DNA from: an uncultured Clostridium sp.
GTDB lineage: Bacteria > Bacillota > Clostridia > TANB77 > CAG-508
Assembly (NCBI GenBank): GCA_948436025.1
Contig: CAOJHH010000002.1
Location: 422-64,421 of the forward strand
Direction: 5' to 3'
Length of the DNA: 64,000 bases
Shown here: one piece after another, positions 21,401 through 29,444 of the stretch
How the letters are laid out: each line of letters starts with the position of its first letter
Numbering within the stretch: position 1 is the stretch's first letter
Notes under the pieces: generated by a model
What the model was told of the DNA's origin: nothing
What the model saw: the letters and a program-made list of their open reading frames with translations, nothing else
Database searches by the model: none
Made by a program: the position numbers and the translations under genes

Positions 21401-24400
21401 TTTAGGATAATCTGTTTTAGTATTATTAAAATCATATAATATATGATGAACCTCTTCTTTAGAAAGCATATTAATATTAGATATTGTCGCATTTGTATTT
21501 TTTAAAACAGAGTGAATAATATTAATATAATGAGAAGCCATTCCTTTAATAAAATCCTCATCAAACAATTTTGTACAATATTCAAAACGTAAAGAATAGA
21601 TATTATCAATAGGTATGATTTCTAACGTTAAATCAAATTTAGCGACATTGTTGTCTGGTATAAAATAAGTTAGAGTGGTACCATTAAAATTAATTTTAGG
21701 ATAACCATTATTTTGGTAAACAAACATAACATCAAAAAGAGGGGTTCTACCGATATCTTTCTTTATATTCAAATCTTTTATAAGATGGTCAAAAGGATAA
21801 CTTTGATATTTGAAACTATCAATACAATTTTTTCTAATAACTTGAGCAAATTGTTCAAAAGATAAACTAGAATCTACGTTATTTCGTAAAGCCAATATAT
21901 TTACAAACATACCAAGGACATTAGTTAGTTCTGGCATATTTCTACCAACAATTGGAGTTCCTACAACAATATCTTCTTGGCTACTATATTTTGATAACAA
22001 AATATAGTAACAAGATAGCATAAACATATAAGGAGTAATATTTAAGTTTTTGGCAATTGAATTTATCTTATCAAAGGTTTCTCTAGATAAGTCTATATGA
22101 TAATTTGCACCTTTAAAACTTTGAATAGATGGTCTTGGATAAGAAGTTGGCAAGTTTAATAAAGGTATTTCATCTTTAAATTGATTTACCCAATATTTTT
22201 TTACTGTTTTTGTCTCAACACTTTTTAAATTAGTATTTTCCCATAAAGTAAAATCTGTATAATCAATTTGTTTTTCTGGTAAAGATACATCATTATATAA
22301 ATTACAAAGTTCTTGTAATAAAATACTTAAAGAAGAACCATCACTGATAATATGATGCATATCTAGTAAAAGTAACATTTGATTATCATTTAACTTAACT
22401 AATTTAGTTCTAAATAAAGGAGCTTTAGATAAATCAAATGGTTTTACAAAATCAGTATAAATATCATTTAAATTACTATTAGTAGTACTGTCTAATGTTA
22501 ATTTGAAATTAATACTATCTTCAATAATTTGAGCAACATTATCATCTCTAATTTCAAAATGAGTACGTAAGGACTCGTGTCTATTAATCAAAATTTTAAA
22601 ACAGGATTGTAATTTTTCAATATCTAGCAAATGCTCAAGTACTATTCCACCAGCAATATTATATAAGGTGGAATTTGTTTCAGAACTAGAAGCATAATAA
22701 ATTCTTTTTTGGGCACAAGAAGCAGGATAATAACTTAAAGCATCATATTTTGGTATTGTACCTATATGCTTTTGTGTTTTAATATTTCCAACAAAATCAG
22801 CTAAATCACTTAAAACTGGATGTTCAAAAACATCACTTACTGTTACTTCTAAACCAAATGAAGATAATATATGCGAAGTTAATTTAATTGCTAATAAAGA
22901 ATCTCCGCCAATTTCAAAGAAATTATCATGAGCACTAATTTTATCCACATGAAAAATATCTTTCCAAATGGTGGCTAATTTTATTTCAGAAGGAGAAGAA
23001 GGTTCAACAAAATCAGTAGATTTTACTGAAAAATCCACTTCCGGTAATCTTTTTTTATCTACTTTTCCATTCGTATTAATAGGCAAAGCATCTAAAGGAA
23101 TAATAAAAGAAGGAACCATATAGTTTGGTAAAGATTTTTTTAAGAAATCTTTTAATTCCTCTATGTCATTGCCAGATTGAAATACAACATAAGAACAAAT
23201 AAATTTATCATTTTGATGTTCACAAGTTATAGTAATACTTTCCCTAATGTTAGAAAACTGTAAAATTTTAGCATTAATCTCATTTAATTCTATACGGAAA
23301 CCTCTAATTTTAACTTGATGATCAATTCTTCCAATAAATTCGATATTACCATTAGGAAGCCATTTTACTAAATCTCCTGTTTTATAAACACGAGAAGAAT
23401 TAAAAAAATCTGTTACAAATGCTTTTTTTGTCAAAGCCTCATTGTTCAAATATCCCCTTGCAACACCATGACCACCAACCCATAATTCGCCAGGGACACC
23501 AATTGGTAATAAGTTGCCAAATTTTGATACAACATAACAAGAAGAATTAGTAATAGGGACACCAATTGGAATGGAATGGTCATACACAGAAGAAATTGTA
23601 AAACAACAAGAAAAAGTAGTGTTTTCTGTTGGTCCATATCCATTAATAACCGTTAAATTTGGATTAGCGGACTTTACCATACGAATATGTTTTGGTGATA
23701 ATACATCACCACCAGTTAATAAGCAACGAACGGACTTAAACACAGATGGATTTTGTTCACAAATTTGGTTAAAAAGTGGGGCAGTAAGCCACAAAATTGT
23801 GATGTTGTGTTTTTCCAAAAATGTTTCAAAAGTAGAAACAGTCAATAAATCGTTTTTCGTAATTAAATACAATTCAAGTCCATTTAATAAAGCCGCCCAA
23901 ATCTCAAAAGTACAAGCGTCAAACACAATAGAGCCAGTTTGTAAAATTCTATCATTTTCTTCAAAAGAAATAAAGTTAGTATCTTTTACAAGACGTACAA
24001 TACTCTTTTGTTCAATCATAACTCCTTTTGGATTACCAGTAGAACCAGAAGTATACATGATATAAGCTAAATCAGAAGAAGAAGACTTAGGAAGAATGTT
24101 AGAAGGCATATTAGAGTTATAAAATTCGCAATCTAGGTCAACATCTATAATTTCAATATCAGTAGCAAGCAAAGAAGAAGTTTTTTTGCTTGCCAAAATT
24201 AATTTTGCTTTAGAGTCATTTAACATATAATTAACTCTTGAAGTTGGGTACTGAGTATCAATAGGAAGATAGCAAGCACCAACTTTCAAAATTGCCAATA
24301 TAGATATAATCATTTCTATAGACTTATCTAAAAATACAGCAATAACATCCTCTTTTTCCAAAGGATGTGTTTGTAAATAATATGCAAGTCTATTCGCTTT

Positions 24401-25864
24401 TTCATTTAATTCACAGTAAGTAAATTTTGTATCATAGAAGACAACAGCTGTTTTATTAGGTATTCTTCGCACTTGTTCTTCAAATAAATCAATAATGGTG
24501 TTATTTGGTAAAATATCAGAAGAAATATGGTTAAACCCATACAAAATCTCATACTTCTCTTTAGAAGTCACAATCTCAATCTCATGAATGCCAACATCTT
24601 TTCTTTCAAGTACCTGATGAATCATATGTAACATACGTTCATGAATCGCACGAATTTCACTTTCCTCGTACTTATCTGTTCGGTAATCATAAGCAATATC
24701 AATACAACCTGTATCATTTAAATCATACAAGTGAATTTCCAAATCATCATTTACATTCCCATTAAAAGCCCATCTTGTATCGTAAGGAACACCACTTTCC
24801 TCACTTGCTTTTGTAATTTGATAAGACATCAAAATATGATACAAATTTGGTAAACTGGCATCTTTTTTACGTAAGTCTTCTAAAATATATTGGTACGAGT
24901 ATTTTTGATGACGCATCATCTCAAAGGAACTCTTAGCAATTCGACTGGCAAATTCTCCAAAAGATAGATTTTCCGTAAGGTTTAGACGTAATGGGACAAC
25001 ATTAATAAACATACCCATTGTATTTTTTTCTTTAAAATTAGTACGGTTTAAAATAGGAGTTCCCATAACAAAATCTTCTAATCCAGAAACACGGCTTGTG
25101 TAAATAGCATATAACCCCATAAAGAAATTAAAAGCCGAAATATGAGTGTCTTTACAATAAGCATTAATTTGGTCCATTTCTTTTTTAGAAATCGTAAAGG
25201 AAAGACGATTGGCTTTACAAGAAAAGCTATCGGCATCTTCTTTACTACTAGGAATAGAAGCTGATTCTGGTATGCTTTCAAACACAGAATCCCAGTAAGC
25301 TTTATCTTTTTTAAACTTATCACTAGCTCGGTATTCTTGTTCTGCTGAAATATAATCGACATAAGAGGAAATGCTACTTACATCGATTTCTTCATGATGA
25401 ATAATAGACGAATAAATACGTACCACTTCTTTTGCCACTAATCCAAGTGTCCAAGAATCGGATACTAAATGATGAATATTAACACTAAATCCACCAGAAC
25501 CATCTGGCATACGAAACATCTTGCAAGTAAATAAATTGGAATACATGTCAAAAGGTTCTTTCATCAAATTGGCTTCAATTGTGGAAACTCCATCTTTTGA
25601 AGAAACCTCAACTGTTTCAATGTTAAAAGGAACGTACTCGTTTACGGTTTGTTTCATTTCATTTTCTTCTAACACCATGCGAATACGAAGACTATCATTA
25701 TATTTTACAAGCAAGTTAAGAGCTTGTTCTAATACATCAAAATCAATTTTTTCATACAAAAAAGCAGTTCCGCAAATATGGTTAATTGACGAACCTTTAA
25801 AATATTGTTCCGTTACTAAAATTGACTTTTGAGGAGCTGTTAAATCATATAATTTTTCTTTCAT
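18422..25864 (-). CDS. bimodular nonribosomal peptide synthetase, C-A-T-C-A-T-R (terminal thioester reductase)
   Basis: C1 HHLVSDSW (about 25450-25478). A1 core YTSGSTGNPKG (about 24030-24062), then YKTGDLVKW and GRIDHQVKIRGFRIEL. T1 EIGGDS (Ser codon about 22890). C2 MHHIISDGSS (about 22331-22365). A2 YTSGSTGNPKG (about 20912-20955). T2 ELGGDS (Ser codon 19787-19789). R domain LLTGFTGFLGAHV plus YVRSKFEAE (18422 to about 19600). Start chosen at MKEKLYDL with RBS AAGGTGA; the ORF-track start at 25921 is less likely. No CGG codon and no frame break over 7.4 kb. Confidence 0.9.
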   Translation of the reverse strand: MKEKLYDLTAPQKSILVTEQYFKGSSINHICGTAFLYEKIDFDVLEQALNLLVKYNDSLRIRMVLEENEMKQTVNEYVPFNIETVEVSSKDGVSTIEANLMKEPFDMYSNLFTCKMFRMPDGSGGFSVNIHHLVSDSWTLGLVAKEVVRIYSSIIHHEEIDVSSISSYVDYISAEQEYRASDKFKKDKAYWDSVFESIPESASIPSSKEDADSFSCKANRLSFTISKKEMDQINAYCKDTHISAFNFFMGLYAIYTSRVSGLEDFVMGTPILNRTNFKEKNTMGMFINVVPLRLNLTENLSFGEFASRIAKSSFEMMRHQKYSYQYILEDLRKKDASLPNLYHILMSYQITKASEESGVPYDTRWAFNGNVNDDLEIHLYDLNDTGCIDIAYDYRTDKYEESEIRAIHERMLHMIHQVLERKDVGIHEIEIVTSKEKYEILYGFNHISSDILPNNTIIDLFEEQVRRIPNKTAVVFYDTKFTYCELNEKANRLAYYLQTHPLEKEDVIAVFLDKSIEMIISILAILKVGACYLPIDTQYPTSRVNYMLNDSKAKLILASKKTSSLLATDIEIIDVDLDCEFYNSNMPSNILPKSSSSDLAYIMYTSGSTGNPKGVMIEQKSIVRLVKDTNFISFEENDRILQTGSIVFDACTFEIWAALLNGLELYLITKNDLLTVSTFETFLEKHNITILWLTAPLFNQICEQNPSVFKSVRCLLTGGDVLSPKHIRMVKSANPNLTVINGYGPTENTTFSCCFTISSVYDHSIPIGVPITNSSCYVVSKFGNLLPIGVPGELWVGGHGVARGYLNNEALTKKAFVTDFFNSSRVYKTGDLVKWLPNGNIEFIGRIDHQVKIRGFRIELNEINAKILQFSNIRESITITCEHQNDKFICSYVVFQSGNDIEELKDFLKKSLPNYMVPSFIIPLDALPINTNGKVDKKRLPEVDFSVKSTDFVEPSSPSEIKLATIWKDIFHVDKISAHDNFFEIGGDSLLAIKLTSHILSSFGLEVTVSDVFEHPVLSDLADFVGNIKTQKHIGTIPKYDALSYYPASCAQKRIYYASSSETNSTLYNIAGGIVLEHLLDIEKLQSCFKILINRHESLRTHFEIRDDNVAQIIEDSINFKLTLDSTTNSNLNDIYTDFVKPFDLSKAPLFRTKLVKLNDNQMLLLLDMHHIISDGSSLSILLQELCNLYNDVSLPEKQIDYTDFTLWENTNLKSVETKTVKKYWVNQFKDEIPLLNLPTSYPRPSIQSFKGANYHIDLSRETFDKINSIAKNLNITPYMFMLSCYYILLSKYSSQEDIVVGTPIVGRNMPELTNVLGMFVNILALRNNVDSSLSFEQFAQVIRKNCIDSFKYQSYPFDHLIKDLNIKKDIGRTPLFDVMFVYQNNGYPKINFNGTTLTYFIPDNNVAKFDLTLEIIPIDNIYSLRFEYCTKLFDEDFIKGMASHYINIIHSVLKNTNATISNINMLSKEEVHHILYDFNNTKTDYPKDKTIINLFEEQVNQTPNNIALVFEDQKLTYRKLNEKVNQLARFLLANQAKSNDIICLLLDKSLESIIAILATLKIGATYLPIDVSYPMERIDYIIKDSKAKIILTTKQYIHKATNTIQSLCIDYDNSIYNKNDISNLNCINIQPDSLAYIMYTSGSTGNPKGVMIKHRNIIRLVKNNKFINFDKTERILQTGSIVFDACTFEIFGALLNGFELYVIKKDTLLDSTLLQDYLLKYKITMLWITAPLFNQLCEENPHMFRSVKTLLTGGDVLSPKHINMALTANPSLTIINGYGPTENTTFSCCFTIDQKYTNSIPIGRPISNSTAYVVSSSGQLNPIDVPGELWVGGDGVAKGYWNNPLLTNEKFIQNPFGDGIVYKTGDLVKWLPNGTIDFIGRIDNQVKIRGFRVELGEINSKILTFPSMKECITVINNVKNEKCICSYLVANKTIDIQELKQYLKRNLPTYMIPTYFMQLEKLPINTNGKVDKKALPINFETNHITSTIKQPTNENERILLIIFKNLLGFEDIGIDDDFFELGGDSLLAIKLQVEAISNGLQISYANIFENPTVESLANCIKRDENTFNANSNDYEKYCTVLEKNKITPNMHIPNSPIGNVLLTGFTGFLGAHVLDSFIKRETGIVYCLIRGKNNISPEDRLKNVLHFYFDSKYDKYIGNRIKLVEGDITLQDFGLNMIDYNVLGTNINTVIHCAALVKHYGSYNDFEKINIIGTRRVIDFAKNYNLKLLHVSTISVSGNNLAEGANIDNYFEKDMIFNETNFYIGQNLQNFYVRSKFEAEKLVLDAILDGLSACILRIGNLTSRFSEGKFQQNHFENAFVNRLKSFLQIGVFPKSLLNLYCEFTPIDYCGNAIIDIANHMSNDYTVFHLLNEKHVDLDRLFQMLTEIGINIKLISDEDFSNIIETILHDPSKKQELEGIINDLNADKKLVYKSQVSIESDFTKDFLAKIGFEWPYIDTNYIKNSFQYLIDIGYFNAKIN

Positions 25865-26173
25865 AATATCACCTTTACATTCTACATCCCATAAAAGACA
25901 AAGTCCTTTATAATATAGCAATTATATAATTAAATTTTCAAAAAAGAAACACTTTTTGGCAAATGTCACCAAAAGTATATGTAATTGTAACATATATGTA
26001 ATATTTGGTCGGTAAATACGGAATAAAGTCGAAAAGTGTCGTAAAAACAAGAATTCATAAAAATATTGAGAAATCAAACAAAAGATGATATAATATTTTT
26101 TAGTATCAATTGGTAATAGTCGCTCGGTAACTATCAATGATGCTTCTTTCAGAGGAAAAGGAGGTTTAGGATA

Positions 26174-26317
26174 ATGGGACAAAAAGTAAATCCTCATGGA
26201 TTAAGGGTTGATGTTACGAAGGACTGGGATTCGCAATGGTATGAAGAACCAGAGTTTGCTGATAACATAGTAGAATTAGAGAATAACAATCAAAAAGTTG
26301 GAAAAATAAGAAATTAG
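26174..26317 (+). CDS. 47-aa mini-ORF whose first ~30 residues match the N-terminus of ribosomal protein S3
   Basis: AAAGGAGGT RBS 8 nt upstream. Peptide [31 protein letters not shown].. follows the canonical S3 start MGQKVNPxGLR..DW.S.WY and then diverges to a stop. Terminator at 26367-26405. Confidence 0.5.
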   Translation: MGQKVNPHGLRVDVTKDWDSQWYEEPEFADNIVELENNNQKVGKIRN

Positions 26318-26366
26318 GATTCACAATAGTTTTCTAATTTCATCCGATTTTATCCGAGCGACAAAG

Positions 26367-26405
26367 GTAGGTATCTGTTGTTTAGATGCCTACTGTTTAT
26401 ATTTT
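26367..26405 (+). terminator. rho-independent terminator
   Basis: gtaggtatc / gatgcctac 9-bp stem followed by tgtttatatttt. Confidence 0.6.
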
Positions 26406-26486
26406 AAGTGCAAATGTTTCAAAAAATCGATTAAGACCATCAAAATTGGAAATACTGTCATAGATAGAAAAGGTGGCGAACGAAAC

Positions 26487-27623
26487 ATGAAAAAACAAAG
26501 AAAGTCTAAAGTAAAAGATAATACCAGAATCGTTGTGGTTACCATGAGTATTTTATTTTTCTTAACCATAACAGGATTTTACTTATTCAATTGGTACATA
26601 AATATCGATATTGCAAAACCAAATGTAGAAGCAGACTATACGGTAGGAAGAACCACACAAATTGTAGCCGATGTAAAAGAAGAAAGCCGCACCATTTCGG
26701 AAATGTTAGAAAGTGTATCAAATTGTGTAGTAGGAATTTCAAAATTACAGGATAACGGAAATTCTATTTTTCTAAAAGATGGAAGTACCAAATTAGGTTT
26801 AGGAACTGGAATGATTGTATCTGAAAATGGCTATATTTTAACCAATGAACACGTATCTGGGGCGAAATTTAGTACCTGTTATGTCACATTAGAAAATGGA
26901 AAAAACTATGTTGCCAATGTTGTATGGTCCGATTCTGATTTAGATTTAGCCATTCTTAAAATTGGAGCAAATGGATTACCATATATCACACTAGGCGATT
27001 CCGATAATGTCAAAATGGGAGAAAGAGTGTATGCCATTGGTAACCCCATTGGTTATGAATTTCAAAGAACGGTTACTAGTGGGATTATCAGTGGGGTGAA
27101 TCGAACCATCAAAATTGAAGAAGAGGAAAGAAGTTCGTATTTAGAAGACTTAATTCAAACCGATGCTACCATTAATCCTGGTAATAGTGGCGGACCATTA
27201 ATTAATGCCGATGGAGAAGTAATAGGAGTAAATTCCATAAAAATCACCTCAGCAGAAGGAATTGGGTTTGCAAGTCCTATCAATTTAATCAAACCAATTT
27301 TACAAAGTTATTTACAAACAGGAGAATTTGAAGAGGCAAGTTTAGGAATTTATGCCTATGATAAAGAAGTCATACCATATTTGGATAACACCATTAACAT
27401 AGAAGAAGGAATTTATGTAATTGATGTCATTCCAAACGGACCAGCAAGTAATGTAGGAATTATGCCAAATGATATTATTTTAAAAATAGATGGTAAACCT
27501 CTAAACAAAATGACAGAATTACGAAGTTATATTTATACCAAAAAACCAGAACAAGAAGTAACCTTGCAAATACTAAGAAGAGGCATTATCACACCAGTCA
27601 AAATTGCATTAGGAAGAAAATAA
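26487..27623 (+). CDS. htrA: HtrA/DegP-type S1C serine protease with a PDZ domain
   Basis: N-terminal TM. Catalytic triad context TNEHV, DLAILKI and GNSGGPLIN. C-terminal PDZ (GIYVIDVIPNGPASNVGIMPNDIILKIDGKPL). Confidence 0.85.
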   Translation: MKKQRKSKVKDNTRIVVVTMSILFFLTITGFYLFNWYINIDIAKPNVEADYTVGRTTQIVADVKEESRTISEMLESVSNCVVGISKLQDNGNSIFLKDGSTKLGLGTGMIVSENGYILTNEHVSGAKFSTCYVTLENGKNYVANVVWSDSDLDLAILKIGANGLPYITLGDSDNVKMGERVYAIGNPIGYEFQRTVTSGIISGVNRTIKIEEEERSSYLEDLIQTDATINPGNSGGPLINADGEVIGVNSIKITSAEGIGFASPINLIKPILQSYLQTGEFEEASLGIYAYDKEVIPYLDNTINIEEGIYVIDVIPNGPASNVGIMPNDIILKIDGKPLNKMTELRSYIYTKKPEQEVTLQILRRGIITPVKIALGRK

Positions 27624-27686
27624 AAAGATGAGGGTTGTTTGTAATAAAATAAAATGATATACTGTTACTATCATGAAAGATAGGAG

Positions 27687-28103
27687 ATGAAATATATGAC
27701 AAAATTAGAGAATAAATTTGTAGCATTTGATACAGCATTAAAAAGATTAAAAGAGGCAATTGACTTATACCAAAAACAAGAAAACCCAGTATTATTAGAT
27801 GGAACCATACAAAGATTTGAATTTTGTGTAGAATTAGGTTGGAAAACACTAAAAGAGTACCTAGAATATGAAAAAATGGGAGAATTCAATTCTCCACGTG
27901 CTACGATTAAAGAATGTTTTAGCATAGGATTTATACAAAATGCAGAAGAATGGCTTGATATGTTAGATGACAGAAACTTAACCAGCCATACCTATGACGA
28001 AGTAATTGCAAAAGAAATTTATCGAAATATTATCATAAAGTATTATGATATTCTAATGAATACTAGAAATAAAATAAAAAGTGAGATTGAAAATGAAAAA
28101 TAA
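27687..28103 (+). CDS. HI0074-family nucleotidyltransferase substrate-binding (HEPN) protein
   Basis: FDTALKRLKEAIDL..DGTIQRFEFCVELGWKTLKEYLE..W..MLDDRNLTSHTY carries the RxxxxH-type HEPN motif (RNLTSH). Confidence 0.8.
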   Translation: MKYMTKLENKFVAFDTALKRLKEAIDLYQKQENPVLLDGTIQRFEFCVELGWKTLKEYLEYEKMGEFNSPRATIKECFSIGFIQNAEEWLDMLDDRNLTSHTYDEVIAKEIYRNIIIKYYDILMNTRNKIKSEIENEK

Positions 28104-28395
28104 ATATGGAATAGAAGAAAAAATATTTGATGAAATGTTAGTAATATTTAAAGAGATTTCTCAGATTAGCCAAGTAATTTTATTTGGATCAAGAGCCAAA
28201 GGAACCTATAAGGAAACCTCTGATATTGATTTAGCAGTAGAATTTGAAAAAGAAGATAAAAAATTATTACTTATTCGAAGGTTAGATGAAATGCGTTGTG
28301 CCTTAAAATTTGATGTACTAAATCAAAAGCAAATACAAAACGAACAATTAATAAATGACATTAAAACAGAAGGGATTGTAATTTATCAAAAATAA
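28093..28395 (+). CDS. MNT nucleotidyltransferase, partner of the HEPN protein (type VII TA-like pair)
   Basis: Overlaps the upstream stop by 11 nt. LFGSRAKGTYKETSDIDLAVEF NTase motif. Confidence 0.8.
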   Translation: MKNKYGIEEKIFDEMLVIFKEISQISQVILFGSRAKGTYKETSDIDLAVEFEKEDKKLLLIRRLDEMRCALKFDVLNQKQIQNEQLINDIKTEGIVIYQK

Positions 28396-28409
28396 ACGAA
28401 TAAAATATT

Positions 28410-28431
28410 GGGACGATGTGTTCATCGTCCC
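28410..28431. terminator. GC-rich hairpin between convergent genes
   Basis: gggacgatg tgtt catcgtccc. Confidence 0.6.
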
Positions 28432-28449
28432 ATAAAAATTCAAATAAAA

Positions 28450-29305
28450 TTATAATCCATAAAAATGGCTATCCAAACAAAGTTGAGCACGACCTGCTGT
28501 TTTAGCATCAGCATGAAGAGCATTTTCAATAAAATCAGGATGTTCTTTTATAAATTTCTCCATACTACCATCAGGGTCTTTTATAAATTCACGAACCAAT
28601 GCCATTTGAGTATCATCCAAAATTCCTTTTTCATAAGCAGATTGGAATAATGCTTCATCAATCGAAACTAAACTATAGGATTTAATACCCAAATCCTCTA
28701 AACGTTCTTTTCCCCCTTGCATACGGTCTACTACAGATAATGACCAAATTAACTCTCCACCTAAATTTTGAATTGCAGGAATCCAAGCACGAATAAAACT
28801 AGAAGCCACTGTAATTAAGTCAGTTACATGAAGTACTTTTTTACCAGCAATCGAAGTAATTTCCTTTGTTTCTTCAAAATCAAAATCGCTTACATAAGTG
28901 GATAAATTCTTATAAATCGTAATATGTGGTTTTTTTAGTAAATGAGCAAGTAAAACAGAAAAGAACCAATCTCTTCTTTCTCCACCAGAAATATAATCAA
29001 TGTCTTCTACTGAAATGGTATTATTAATAAAAGCAATCATTTCATCAATCACATTATGATAAATCGAATTGGTATCGTATTGAGTTTTAACTTTTGTTAA
29101 TAATTGTTTTGGAAAATGAGCCACATCAGCCATATTGTTATCAATAAAACTCAATAAATCCACAGCATCCTTTTCACTACCATATACAAAATGGGTATTA
29201 ATAAAATAAGCACTAATCTTTCCGAGAAGTTAACCAAAAAGGCTTATCACCATGACATACCTTAACCGCATTTGTTTCAAATAAATGAGATTTTAAATTA
29301 CTCAT
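28450..29305 (-). CDS. phosphoribosyltransferase-family protein (PyrE-like); needs a +1 shift at in-frame CGG 29224
   Basis: RBS AAGGAGG. N-terminus MSNLKSHLFETNAVKVCHGDKPFWLTS-G-KISAYFINTHFVYGSEKDAVDLLSF joins the 237-aa ORF. PRPP-loop-like KVLHVTDLITVASS. Confidence 0.65.
29221..29224 (-). other. in-frame CGG-A recoding site (PRTase)
   Basis: Minus strand tct CGG A aag: the zero frame stops 2 codons after the CGG, and +1 joins the main ORF. Confidence 0.8.
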
Positions 29306-29444
29306 AATTTTGACCTCCTTAACAAATCTTACATAATGATAAAATAAAAAACGAATAATGTCAATAAAACGAAAAAAATCAATTTATAAATCTTGTCAAA
29401 CCAAAAAGAAAATAGTAGAATAAGAAAAAGCGAGGAGGAGAAAG

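Noticed and set aside
18422-25864. Attempt to read the Stachelhaus specificity codes of the two A domains by eye.
   Set aside because: Only the first positions (D-A-..F around FDACTFE) can be placed with confidence. The remaining pocket positions need a structural alignment, so no substrate prediction is offered.
25922-26197. 91-aa minus-strand ORF upstream of the NRPS, and the extended NRPS start at 25921.
   Set aside because: No RBS and a low-complexity hydrophobic translation of AT-rich DNA. It also overlaps, on the opposite strand, the RBS and first codons of the S3-like mini-ORF. The NRPS has a proper RBS at the internal Met (25864).
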